Virus record (IMG/VR): IMGVR_UViG_3300035670_011224 | Coordinates: 32,001 to 96,000 of that record | Origin: a virus | DNA: 64,000 bases | Reading direction: 5' to 3' (one strand) | Shown here: positions 11,656-21,484 of the stretch, piece after piece | How positions within the stretch are numbered: the stretch's first letter is position 1 | Layout of the letters: the number at the start of each line of letters is the position of its first letter | Notes under the pieces: generated by a model | The model's input: the letters and a program-made list of their open reading frames with translations, nothing else | What the model was told of the DNA's origin: nothing | Databases searched by the model: none | Program-made: the position numbers and the translations under genes

Positions 11656-12358
11656 TTAACAACACCTTTAAAAAATTAGAATACGATTGAAAATTTTTGC
11701 TGCTCTTAAATTTTTTGGGTTCTAATGACACAAGATCCTCCACTGTCAAAACTTTTGATCCACATGCCCAAGCTTCCGGAACATAGTCTTCTTCTAGTGC
11801 TAAATAGTATTCTGATTGTTGCAACAAAGACGCTTTATCTTTTTCGAGAAGCAATCCAAGGTTTTGTGGATGAATAATATTTTTGTTGTTAAATAATTTA
11901 ATCGGAAGATTTGAAACGGGATAAAGGAATTGGTTTAATTCCATTGGCATGGACTCCATAGAGTCTAAGAAACTTATGATCTGATAATTCTTTTGCACAG
12001 AACTATCCATATAAAAAATTTCATTATTCACTAATTTTGGTATAGATATAATTTTGTTTTTGGATTCATTTTTTTCTTTTTGTATTACTGCTCTGATATT
12101 TTTATTATAGGGTATATTTGAATGTGTATCATTGTATATAAAAATATTTACATCTTTACTAAATTCTAAAATAAATTGATTGATTTCATTATTTAGTAAC
12201 GAAGCAATAAAAATACAATCTGTAAATTGATATTTATAGTATATTTTATATAGTTGATTATCAATATTTGTAACTAATTTAGAACAAAAATCTAGTGACG
12301 ATAAAGCTATGTTATTAATAAACTTATCATTCTTTTGTTGTACTAGTAGTTTTATCAT
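11642..12358 (-). CDS. Degenerate GT-B-like protein
   Basis: C-terminal LLQQSEYYL...YVPEAWACGSKV resembles the GT-B EAxACG motif. Confidence 0.45.
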   Translation of the reverse strand: MIKLLVQQKNDKFINNIALSSLDFCSKLVTNIDNQLYKIYYKYQFTDCIFIASLLNNEINQFILEFSKDVNIFIYNDTHSNIPYNKNIRAVIQKEKNESKNKIISIPKLVNNEIFYMDSSVQKNYQIISFLDSMESMPMELNQFLYPVSNLPIKLFNNKNIIHPQNLGLLLEKDKASLLQQSEYYLALEEDYVPEAWACGSKVLTVEDLVSLEPKKFKSSKNFQSYSNFLKVLLSDKK

Positions 12359-13023
12359 ATAAATACTTTAGCCTTGCTTAGATCTTTAGAATTATTTATT
12401 TTCATAACGTTATTTTTATTAAGATATATTTTTTCAAACTTGATATTATTCTGTAGTAGAAAATTTATGGTTTCGAACAGATACATTTGATCGAACATTC
12501 CCGTGTCTTGATTTACTAAAATATCAATTGCTTCACTATTTAAATAAACAATCTCGGCCCAGGGTTGTTCCATATCAAAAAATAGATACTCCAAGTTATT
12601 GGATATAGAAGAACCCACAGAAAAATTATGTTTAGGTTTATTTAGCATAAAAATTTTAGAATTATCTTGCAAATATGACTTGTGAATAGTCCCGTCTTTA
12701 AGTAAAAGTCCACTCGTAAATATTAATAAATTATTAGGTCTGTGTTTCTTAATATATAGAAGTAGATTATTGGCCTGATTAGTTAGTTCATATTTTTCGT
12801 TGATTAGATACTTTAAACTTCTATACCTATATAATTTAGACATAATATTTTCTGAATCAAATCCAATATTTATTGTAATAGATGCATTTCTAGATATTTT
12901 TTGAGCCTGCATAACTTGGTATTCTATAATACTTAGATTTTTTCTTAATGGAAGTAAACATTTGGAACCAACAGATTTCATCCCTTTTGTTATTTCTGGC
13001 GTAATAATAAGAATATCAATCAT
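12355..13023 (-). CDS. Sugar/choline-phosphate nucleotidyltransferase-like protein (degenerate)
   Basis: ILIITPEITKGMKSVGSKCLL...IIEYQ follows the NTP_transferase N-terminal pattern but lacks the LAAGxGxR glycines. Confidence 0.6.
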   Translation of the reverse strand: MIDILIITPEITKGMKSVGSKCLLPLRKNLSIIEYQVMQAQKISRNASITINIGFDSENIMSKLYRYRSLKYLINEKYELTNQANNLLLYIKKHRPNNLLIFTSGLLLKDGTIHKSYLQDNSKIFMLNKPKHNFSVGSSISNNLEYLFFDMEQPWAEIVYLNSEAIDILVNQDTGMFDQMYLFETINFLLQNNIKFEKIYLNKNNVMKINNSKDLSKAKVFI

Positions 13024-13744
13024 AATTTATAGTTAATACATTAGGACTATTTTCTATTAAATAATCATTTTTAGATGATAAGTTTATATAGTTATTCATA
13101 TTAATAAATATACCATAAAACTGAGAGTCTATAGATGAACACTTATAATAGTGAGCTGGTTTTTGTTCTACATTAATTATATAGTTAATATTTTGAATAC
13201 TATCATTTTCTACAACTTTAGTTAAACTATCATAATTTAATAACCATATAAGATTACCAACTTTATTTTTATTGGTCTCCAAAGCAATATGCAAAGATCT
13301 TGGCCCAGAAATGTTCTCTAAAAAATTATGTACTTTATAATCTATATCAAATTTTAGATTAGATTTCAATAAGTCATATAGTTTATTACCATCGGCATAA
13401 CAAATAATAGTTATATATGACGGTTTGATAGATAGTCTATTTATAGAATCTACACATGATTCGAAACTGTCTTCCGTTTCTACTATTAGTCCAATCGAAT
13501 ATTTTACTATATTTTGTTGTTTAACATATTCTTGCATATCCAAAGAACTTAGTTTATCAATATGCTCATTATATATTTTTTTACTAAAACCATATCTACA
13601 ATTATAGTTTTTAATTATATTATATCCCTGATAGGTTTCTATATTTTTATATTCTTGAACAATATTTGGTATATTAAATACACATGGTTTATCTGAGGTT
13701 GTTGGTTGTGCAAAATAGCAGTCCTTGCATATGGTGTTGATCAT
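13016..13744 (-). CDS. Hypothetical protein with N-terminal Cys cluster
   Basis: CKDC..C..C at the N-terminus; translationally coupled to neighbours. Confidence 0.45.
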   Translation of the reverse strand: MINTICKDCYFAQPTTSDKPCVFNIPNIVQEYKNIETYQGYNIIKNYNCRYGFSKKIYNEHIDKLSSLDMQEYVKQQNIVKYSIGLIVETEDSFESCVDSINRLSIKPSYITIICYADGNKLYDLLKSNLKFDIDYKVHNFLENISGPRSLHIALETNKNKVGNLIWLLNYDSLTKVVENDSIQNINYIINVEQKPAHYYKCSSIDSQFYGIFINMNNYINLSSKNDYLIENSPNVLTINYD

Positions 13745-14148
13745 AGTTCTTTTCTCTCGAAAACGATGGTTATAAAAGTGTTGGTAATATCTAAATCGAT
13801 CATATCAAATAATGCAAAATCCATAAAAGTATATAATGATTCGACTGAAATAAGGCTCTGCTTATTTGCAAAGAAATTGAGAAAACTATCATTGGATATA
13901 GCGCTCTTTATGTATTGTTGAGCTATGCTTTTGGCATTGCTTATAATGATACTCAACCTACCACTCTGTCTAAGTTTCTCCAAAAGAATCCTAATAATAA
14001 CCTGATGATCGCTTTCTTTAAGATATTCTAATATATCTATTGTTATAGAATCACAAGAATGATTAACTATAGAATTTAGATTATTTATATGTACATGAGA
14101 ACTGTCTTCTTTTGATGGATCTATCACTATGGTTATATTACGTTTCAT
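13741..14148 (-). CDS. Degenerate SAM-methyltransferase-like protein
   Basis: SCDSITIDILEYL...LLEKLRQSGRLSI resembles class I MTase motifs II/III; no motif I. Confidence 0.45.
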   Translation of the reverse strand: MKRNITIVIDPSKEDSSHVHINNLNSIVNHSCDSITIDILEYLKESDHQVIIRILLEKLRQSGRLSIIISNAKSIAQQYIKSAISNDSFLNFFANKQSLISVESLYTFMDFALFDMIDLDITNTFITIVFERKEL

Positions 14149-14992
14149 ATTTAAATACTCTTTGTGAAATTTTAGAATATAAATCTGTCATATTACTATA
14201 AAATGTGTTTAATGAATAATGTTCTGTTATATAATTTTTACTTGATTCTATTATGTGTTGTAAATTATCCCAATTATTAAGAGTATTATTAATATCATTA
14301 ATAATAGAATTATAATTATCTATATAGGATATATTAGATATATTTTTATCTATTAGTAAAGATGATGAGAACACCCATGTTCCGCAAGATGCGCTTAGAA
14401 TTGTATCATATATATTATGAGGGCTAATACAAATCTTATAAAAAGATATGTTTTTAATTGGATCGCTATTACTATTCGTAATCAGATCACAATTAATGTA
14501 ATTATTTATATGTTGGTATAATCTATTGATTCCATCATTATTTTCAAAATTTAAAATACATACGTTTTTTTCTTTAGATACTATATCCGATTTTGGAACA
14601 CCATAAGACATAGTGAGAGTTTCGTTTGTGTCTGGTAGCGCCCAAAGAGATCTTATCTTATCGTTAAAAAATACCCTATAAGTATTATCTAGTTTTTTAT
14701 GTAGTATAATACGATCTTCTTTTTTAAGATGTGTCGGTGGGCTATCCATAAACAATATGAGCGTGTTAACATGGTATGCCAATGATAACTTATTTATTAT
14801 TTGAGAATAATTTAGAGGATTATCAGCGATAATAAAAGAAAATGGTTGATTTGCTTCATAAATAAAGTTGGCATCCCTATGCTGCTCCAGAATATTGGAA
14901 AATAAATTCTTATTTCCAAGATAGTAAACAGTACTGTGTTTTCTGTTTAATGTATTGACAATAATATTTGTGATATCTAAATTATTGAGCAT
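14138..14992 (-). CDS. Degenerate glycosyltransferase-like protein
   Basis: C-terminal ILSASCG...SKNYITEHYSLNTF is typical of a GT-B C-terminal lobe. Confidence 0.45.
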   Translation of the reverse strand: MLNNLDITNIIVNTLNRKHSTVYYLGNKNLFSNILEQHRDANFIYEANQPFSFIIADNPLNYSQIINKLSLAYHVNTLILFMDSPPTHLKKEDRIILHKKLDNTYRVFFNDKIRSLWALPDTNETLTMSYGVPKSDIVSKEKNVCILNFENNDGINRLYQHINNYINCDLITNSNSDPIKNISFYKICISPHNIYDTILSASCGTWVFSSSLLIDKNISNISYIDNYNSIINDINNTLNNWDNLQHIIESSKNYITEHYSLNTFYSNMTDLYSKISQRVFKYET

Positions 14993-15956
14993 GAGTTTCT
15001 AGTATTTCTTGAATATTATCTTTGGGAATTATATTAGTATATGTAATATCTTTTATATTAGAATCGTTTAAGCTAGATACACTTCCGTTCTTATTAAGAT
15101 CAAGTTGATTCCACCAAATATGATTATTAACAGATATATTAATGATGGGTCTATTTAATTTATTAGCAAATAGCATTTGAATATTATCGCTTAATGAAAG
15201 AAAAACATCCCCAGTATTATGTGCTGTGATTACATTAGAAATAGTATTATCTATTGGAACAATAACTATATTAGTAATACTATAATTAATTTCAAATAAA
15301 TTATACATATCTTTTATATATTTATTATATGTCTCTAGCGTTTGCTGAGATATATTACATATATACAAAATTAAACAAGTATTGCTATTGTCCTCGAAAG
15401 TTTTTATGAAATTGATAATAACATCTTTAACAATATATTCTGGTAAATTATCAATAATAGTATAATATTTTTTATATTTTGAATATATTCCTAAGTTATA
15501 TTTACCTATATTATTTTGTGAATAAAATCTATGATTTATTGTATATGTTAGTTCTTTTTTATTTTTAATATCAATATTATCTAGTATGAATTTAGTAGTA
15601 TTATTACTATACAAATAATTTATTTTTTCATCTAATATAGCATATTTTTGTTTTTGCTCATAAGATGGCATTATATTATGTGTTATTGGCCAAAATATAT
15701 GATATGGTATTTTTGATGTATAACAGTAATTCAAAATCGAGACATTCTGTATAATAACATCAAATGAATTTATCTGTTTATTTTCTGTTATTTCTAATAT
15801 ATCTGTAAATTTTTTATCTTTTATTGTTTTTGTTCCATCGAATACTGGTCTGCTAACTACATCTAATCCCATATCATGTAAATTACATAGTAAATTTATA
15901 GATTCGTATCCTATACTATTTGATAATCTATATGGTGCAATATATAATATTTTCAT
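14982..15956 (-). CDS. GT4-like glycosyltransferase (degenerate C-terminal motif)
   Basis: MKILYIAPYR..GY N-terminus; AHNTGDVFLSLS, but no EGxGxPxxEA motif. Confidence 0.55.
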   Translation of the reverse strand: MKILYIAPYRLSNSIGYESINLLCNLHDMGLDVVSRPVFDGTKTIKDKKFTDILEITENKQINSFDVIIQNVSILNYCYTSKIPYHIFWPITHNIMPSYEQKQKYAILDEKINYLYSNNTTKFILDNIDIKNKKELTYTINHRFYSQNNIGKYNLGIYSKYKKYYTIIDNLPEYIVKDVIINFIKTFEDNSNTCLILYICNISQQTLETYNKYIKDMYNLFEINYSITNIVIVPIDNTISNVITAHNTGDVFLSLSDNIQMLFANKLNRPIINISVNNHIWWNQLDLNKNGSVSSLNDSNIKDITYTNIIPKDNIQEILETHAQ

Positions 15957-17605
15957 GTGTTATTTTTTAGATGTGCGTATTGAATAAAGTCTTCTTCGAA
16001 TTTATGATTTGTTTTTCTTATATCTTCGGACCTATTATTGTTATCTATCATAACATTTATATAATCATATATATTATTAATATCATATGCGGATATTTGG
16101 GTTGGAGAATTATAGCTAAATCCATAATCAGCGTTTTGTAGCATATTCAAAAATTTAAATGAAGATAATAAATCTGCATTTCTTACATAATTATTACAAA
16201 GATTTGCTAATACGCTAAAATTATTTTTATTACCATCTGACTGGGTTTTATCGGCTTTATTTAAGATAGTTAACGGTACGTTCCAGTCTGCTCTATATTC
16301 CAGATTATCAAAATAGTTTTCCCATACTTTTGATATATCATCCCAATTATAATATTTTTCTGTTAGTTGTCTTATTTTTAATCTTTCTGTATTTCTAATC
16401 GGTATTGGTTTGGCCATTTGCTTGAGTATAATACCAATTAGATCTTTGTTATTTGGATATACACGAATTGCTTTTGTTTCTAACTCTTTGAAATAAGAAC
16501 TAGGATTAACTTTGAATGCTTGTAATTTTTCTATAATGTCAACCATTGCACTATAATCTACGGTAGCAATAGGTATCCCACACGCGCCTGCTTCAACTTG
16601 TGGCATACCAAAACCTTCACAAATAGCATATTGTACATAAAGATCGAATAGATTGTATATTTCACTTAATTGAGTATCTGAAACACCATTTGATACAGAT
16701 GGAAACTGACAGGTTTTATTTAAGCATTTTGAACACACTTTTAATGGGCCACTAAAAACACAAGCCTCAGTATTCTGACAAGTTTTGCATAGGTATGTAA
16801 ATAGGACATGATTGGATACTTGGTATTGGCTAAGTAATTCCGGTATATCCCAGCCCATGTCCGGATATGTGGTATGTAGATATAGGTAAATTTTTTGATT
16901 AGTCTTTTGTATTTCGGGCAAGGAGATTATCTGTTTAAGGCTATATAAAAGTTCTGGTATTAGTTTGCGTTTCTGATTTCTCATCACGGAACCAAACACA
17001 AAAGCTTCTTGTGGTATATTGAATTTTTGACGTAGTAGATTTTTATCTTTGATAGAAAAAATATCTAAATTTACACCTGGGCTGGTTGTTGCTATGTACT
17101 TGATTTTATTATTAGTTTGTTCTTTTAGAACTTTTGCCCCCCAATCACTATATGTAAAAATGGCATCTGTTGATAGAAATACGTCTACCCACTCTTCTTG
17201 TTGTGGAGCAGAATCTACTGTGGGCATAAGGATATGATGAAAATAAGATCTTAAAGGAGATAAGGTTTGGTAACCGCTCATCCAAAAATCTCTTACGTCA
17301 ACAACAACATCCGGCTTAAAGTCTAATAGAACTTTCTCAAATCTCCACCTTCCAAATTGATTATCTGTCCTAGACATGTATTCCTTATATCTAGGATCAT
17401 TATCCCTCACAGCATTTGCATAATAAATCCAGTCTATATTTTTATCTCTCGGATCATTGACCATACCATAGGAAGCAAATTCTGCAACAACGTATTTGTT
17501 AGTTTTATGCCATCTGGATAAAATCTCGTAAGCATATTTACCAAAACCAGAATTTATGAAGCTGGCTTCGGAGCACATCAATATTTTTAGTTTAGATTTT
17601 GCCAT
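15953..17605 (-). CDS. GT4 family glycosyltransferase with Cys4 insertion
   Basis: RNQKRK; YNLFDLYVQYAICEGFGMPQVEAGACG; CKTC...CSKC insertion. Confidence 0.85.
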   Translation of the reverse strand: MAKSKLKILMCSEASFINSGFGKYAYEILSRWHKTNKYVVAEFASYGMVNDPRDKNIDWIYYANAVRDNDPRYKEYMSRTDNQFGRWRFEKVLLDFKPDVVVDVRDFWMSGYQTLSPLRSYFHHILMPTVDSAPQQEEWVDVFLSTDAIFTYSDWGAKVLKEQTNNKIKYIATTSPGVNLDIFSIKDKNLLRQKFNIPQEAFVFGSVMRNQKRKLIPELLYSLKQIISLPEIQKTNQKIYLYLHTTYPDMGWDIPELLSQYQVSNHVLFTYLCKTCQNTEACVFSGPLKVCSKCLNKTCQFPSVSNGVSDTQLSEIYNLFDLYVQYAICEGFGMPQVEAGACGIPIATVDYSAMVDIIEKLQAFKVNPSSYFKELETKAIRVYPNNKDLIGIILKQMAKPIPIRNTERLKIRQLTEKYYNWDDISKVWENYFDNLEYRADWNVPLTILNKADKTQSDGNKNNFSVLANLCNNYVRNADLLSSFKFLNMLQNADYGFSYNSPTQISAYDINNIYDYINVMIDNNNRSEDIRKTNHKFEEDFIQYAHLKNNT

Positions 17606-17611
17606 TATATA

Positions 17612-17650
17612 ATAGAATAAGGGGGATGTTTCACCCCCAATATTCTATAT
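17612..17650 (-). terminator. Probable intrinsic terminator downstream of ssb
   Basis: Minus strand ATAGAATATT-GGGGG-TGAAACAT-CCCCC-TTATTCTATT: extended hairpin followed by a T-rich tract. Confidence 0.6.
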
Positions 17651-17670
17651 TCATTCCTCTTTGAGTCTTG

Positions 17671-18045
17671 TCAGAAAGCAACCGATTCTGATTCTTCTGC
17701 CTTTGATCTACTAAGCTTAGTGATCTTCGAAAAGTTATTAACTCTAACTTTTAGACTACTATGCTTAACTCCATCTTTTTCCCATGTGTCATTTCTAAGA
17801 GATCCTTCTACCATAACCAAATCTCCCTTTTTAAGGGATTCGGCAATAGTTTCTGCTCCGCTGTCCCATGCTTCGCAGTTAATGAAAGATGTAATTCTGT
17901 CTTTTTCTCCATTAGACTTTACATAGTCTCTATTAACAGCAATAGTAAAGTTTACTACGCTAGTTTGTTTTCCATTTGGATTAACAACTCTTAGCTCAGG
18001 ATCTCGTGCAAGATTACCCTTCAACAATGTGATATTCATTTTCAA
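17671..18045 (-). CDS. ssb: Single-stranded DNA-binding protein
   Basis: LKGNLARDPELR...FINCEAW...KGDLVMVEGSLR OB fold; acidic tail ending AF. Confidence 0.95.
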   Translation of the reverse strand: MKMNITLLKGNLARDPELRVVNPNGKQTSVVNFTIAVNRDYVKSNGEKDRITSFINCEAWDSGAETIAESLKKGDLVMVEGSLRNDTWEKDGVKHSSLKVRVNNFSKITKLSRSKAEESESVAF

Positions 18046-18080
18046 AACTCCTAAAAGTAAAAACGCTACAACTATATAAC

Positions 18081-18108
18081 ATTATACCAAGCGGCAGCGT
18101 TTTGTCAA
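18081..18108 (-). promoter_or_regulatory. Consensus sigma70-type promoter for ssb
   Basis: Minus strand TTGACA-16 nt-TATAAT, with an extended -10 TG. Confidence 0.8.
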
Positions 18109-19718
18109 GATCTTGGTATAAAACATTTTTCTACTATAAAAGAGTCTTTTTTAGGACTCTTATTGCCTAGAAATATTAGTACATTTCCTTCGAATAGATA
18201 GTTTCGATATTTAGACAATTGATCAGGAAATAGGATAACGGAATCCAAGGATGCGTATTGATCCTCTATTGTGACAAAAGCCATTTCTGCACCAGCATTT
18301 TTCCCATTCTTTGTCTTAACAAAATTTATATTACTAATTTCACCAGCTAAAATAATATTTTTAACATTATTGGTATGTTTAAACATTTTGCAATCACAGT
18401 TGGTCATACTAATGTCGTATGAGTCTATTTTAAAACAGGTAATAGACGCCCCAAGCAACGCATTTTCTGTGTCAGATAACCATTCTATTTTATCGTTTAG
18501 TGAGTATGGTGGATTTTTATATAGTTTAATCAAATTTTGTATATTAGTTTTTCGTTTGATATTAATCTTACTATTAGTCAGTAGATTTTCTAAAACTTGT
18601 CCTAGATATTTTTGGTTTATATCTAAAAGATCTAATTCTCTAGATGTTAATTCTGATATTATGTCATATTCAAATAACATTTGTGTGCGTGACATATGAT
18701 AATAATCAAGGGCTCCGCATGATATTAGTGCCTTAGCGGCTGTAGAGTTTATTTTATTGAGCAATTTTACTAAGCATCCATACCATGATATAGAATTAAG
18801 ATCAATATTTTTGACTATTTCCATAATCTTATCATATACCGAATAACCAACACCTTTTATATCTGTTAAACCAAAATAAATTTTATCATCGTTTATAGTA
18901 AAGTGTTTATTAAGTTTTCTTAAATCTGGAACGCAAACAGTAACATCCATTTCTGTCGCGTTTCTAATTAATTCCTTGATCTCTTTTTGGGGATCCATCT
19001 TGTCTTTTGCGAACTTTAAATATGATGCAAAAAATACTTTGGCAAAGTGTGCTTTTGCATATGCTGATGAATATGCATTCATAGCATAACTTACAGCGTG
19101 GCTCTTGTTAAAGCTATATCTTTGACTTTTTTCTATCCAACCAAAAATTTCTTCGCTCTCGTCTTCTGAGACAATATTAAGTTTTTTAACACCATCTTTG
19201 AATTTAACTTTGATTTTTGCCATTTCTTCTGGTTTCTTTTTGCCTATGGCCTTACGAAGCATATCGGCTTCTTGAAGATCGAACCCGGCCACCGCCTGAG
19301 CGATTTGCATGGCCTGTTCTTGATAAATCATCTCGCCATAGGTGGATTTTAATGAAGGCTCAAGAGAAGGATGGAAGTAGTCTAATTCTTCTAGACCATT
19401 TTTTTTATCTATATAATGATCACTGATGCTTTTGCCTTCCCTATATGCCTCTAATGATCCTGGTCGCATAATACTAATCAATGCAGAAAGTTGCTCTATA
19501 TTTTGTGGTTTAAGTTTTTTGGACATGCTAGAGCCTAGTCTGGATTCTAATTGGAAAACGCCTTTTGTGTTTCCTTGTGCTATCATATCCCATGTTTTGG
19601 AACATTCTAGATTCAGATTTTCTAGTTTGCCATCGAAATCTATTCTAGGAATACCATCCTGGGTATAGTCCAATACCTTAAATTTACAACCACAATCAAA
19701 CGTATAGTGATGATTCAT
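18105..19718 (-). CDS. dnaE: DNA polymerase III alpha, C-terminal fragment (fingers, HhH, OB)
   Basis: GVFQLES, ISIMRPG, YGEMIYQEQAM, ADMLRKAIGKKK, YSFNKSHAVSY, FGLTDIKGVG, MAFVTIED. Confidence 0.93.
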   Translation of the reverse strand: MNHHYTFDCGCKFKVLDYTQDGIPRIDFDGKLENLNLECSKTWDMIAQGNTKGVFQLESRLGSSMSKKLKPQNIEQLSALISIMRPGSLEAYREGKSISDHYIDKKNGLEELDYFHPSLEPSLKSTYGEMIYQEQAMQIAQAVAGFDLQEADMLRKAIGKKKPEEMAKIKVKFKDGVKKLNIVSEDESEEIFGWIEKSQRYSFNKSHAVSYAMNAYSSAYAKAHFAKVFFASYLKFAKDKMDPQKEIKELIRNATEMDVTVCVPDLRKLNKHFTINDDKIYFGLTDIKGVGYSVYDKIMEIVKNIDLNSISWYGCLVKLLNKINSTAAKALISCGALDYYHMSRTQMLFEYDIISELTSRELDLLDINQKYLGQVLENLLTNSKINIKRKTNIQNLIKLYKNPPYSLNDKIEWLSDTENALLGASITCFKIDSYDISMTNCDCKMFKHTNNVKNIILAGEISNINFVKTKNGKNAGAEMAFVTIEDQYASLDSVILFPDQLSKYRNYLFEGNVLIFLGNKSPKKDSFIVEKCFIPRS

Positions 19719-19723
19719 AAATA

Positions 19724-20425
19724 TTATGCGGACGCTGTGGCGAACGCGTTTTTGAATTTAACCTTATTACCAAGATTTCTATGAAGTTTCATAAATCTAA
19801 TAAGAATATCAGCCGTGGCTCTTACATCATTTAGAGCATCATGAGATCCACTATTGCCAAGACCTAGGTATTCTCTAACATTATCTAATGTATAGTTTTT
19901 TAGTTCATTGTTTCCTTCAAACCAATAAAATATAACATTCATTAGATCTATAACGTCTCGTGGATAAAAAAGAGATGTTCTTCCCTCCTTATTGACATTA
20001 TTATATTTCGTACTTAGTCTTTCTATAATTCTAAGATCAAATCTATTTATATTGTATCCAGCAGCTATTGGTGCTGTAAAACAAGATTTTTTATCTGATC
20101 TTATATGATATTTCTCTAAATAAGATACGAACATTTTCCATCCATTATCCTGATTTTGATAAGATTTCCAGTCCTCTAATATTTTAGTTTTGTCGCATCC
20201 TCTAACCTTGGCATGGAAATCAAGAACATCACTATCATCATATATATAATCAGGTTTTTCATCCAATATGGATGGTTTTAGATTAATATTAAATTCTGAG
20301 TCTTTGATAATTTCTAATTTATATGGATCTATTATCAGAGAGGCAATTTGAACGGGGCTACAAAGGTCAGGATTAGCCCCGTCCGTTTCTAAATCAAATA
20401 CACAAATTTTTTGTAAATTAGCCAT
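19724..20425 (-). CDS. DEDDh 3'-5' exonuclease (DnaQ/epsilon-like)
   Basis: VFDLETDG, GYNINRFD, HDALNDV. Confidence 0.9.
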   Translation of the reverse strand: MANLQKICVFDLETDGANPDLCSPVQIASLIIDPYKLEIIKDSEFNINLKPSILDEKPDYIYDDSDVLDFHAKVRGCDKTKILEDWKSYQNQDNGWKMFVSYLEKYHIRSDKKSCFTAPIAAGYNINRFDLRIIERLSTKYNNVNKEGRTSLFYPRDVIDLMNVIFYWFEGNNELKNYTLDNVREYLGLGNSGSHDALNDVRATADILIRFMKLHRNLGNKVKFKNAFATASA

Positions 20426-20600
20426 TTGTCTCCACTACTGTGTTTCCTGGGAAAAAAGTCCTTTGATTACTATCTGTTGCAACATGACAATTAACGCTTC
20501 TGCAACAGCTTACTCTAACTTCTTGGATCTTAGTATATTCTACATTATTAGCTTTAAAGTTTTCGCCCACAGCAACTTGGTCTAATGTTTTTGTTAACAT
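20418..20600 (-). CDS. Small hypothetical protein
   Basis: 60-aa ORF overlapping both neighbours; VSCCRSVNC. Confidence 0.55.
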   Translation of the reverse strand: MLTKTLDQVAVGENFKANNVEYTKIQEVRVSCCRSVNCHVATDSNQRTFFPGNTVVETNG

Positions 20601-21484
20601 TATAGTTCTCCGTTTTTTAGGTATTCTGATACAGACATGATTTTGTCCAAATAAGCGATACCCAATATATCAAATTTAATTAAACCCAAACTCTCTAGAT
20701 CATTCATCTCCATGCCCGCTATCAGCTGATCATTTCTATTATCATAGACCATAGGACACAGAGATGCAAGATCTTCGGTACCTATTATTACACCAGCAGC
20801 ATGTTTGCTTTGATTAGATTTTGTTCCTTCTAGTCTTATGGCCTGTTCAAATCTTTTTGACAATGGACCAGCCAACGAACCATCTTCTGCTATGTAGCAC
20901 CATTCTTTAAGCTTGTCTGTGTTATTCTCTAAAGCCCATCTAATAATCGAGGCTTCTCCGGTATCTTCTTTCATCTCCTGAAGTTCGTCGGCTATTTTGG
21001 CTTCGTCAGGAATAAATTTGGTAATAGAATTCATTTCTTCGAAAGATATATTACCATATACTCTTAGCACATCTTTTAACGCCCCTCTACCTTTCATAGT
21101 ATTAAAAGTAATCATTTGTGATACTTTGCCATGTCCATATTTACTTTTTATATATTCTAATACTTGTTCTCGTTTATCTATTGGAATATCTATATCGATA
21201 TCTGGCATTTGTATTCTGGCTGGAATGCTTTGTATTGGGCGAGTATTATCAAGCTGATCGACAATACCATATATCCACATTATATAACTATTAATAGTGT
21301 TTTCGGATAAAATATTTTTATTTACTATTATATGATTATAGTATGATATATTTTCTGGAGCCGAAAGAACTATAGAGCATTCATGTTCAAGAAATCTATT
21401 ATTTTTTTCTTGTTCTAACCTTTCGATTATAGGCTGGCTTTTAATCTCATGTACTAGTCTAGTAAGTGTAGAATTTTTTTCCAT
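20600..21484 (-). CDS. dnaE: DNA polymerase III alpha, catalytic middle fragment
   Basis: MPDIDID, SKHAAGVII and KFDILG (all three catalytic Asp), preceded by a ~90-aa extension. Confidence 0.92.
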   Translation of the reverse strand: MEKNSTLTRLVHEIKSQPIIERLEQEKNNRFLEHECSIVLSAPENISYYNHIIVNKNILSENTINSYIMWIYGIVDQLDNTRPIQSIPARIQMPDIDIDIPIDKREQVLEYIKSKYGHGKVSQMITFNTMKGRGALKDVLRVYGNISFEEMNSITKFIPDEAKIADELQEMKEDTGEASIIRWALENNTDKLKEWCYIAEDGSLAGPLSKRFEQAIRLEGTKSNQSKHAAGVIIGTEDLASLCPMVYDNRNDQLIAGMEMNDLESLGLIKFDILGIAYLDKIMSVSEYLKNGEL

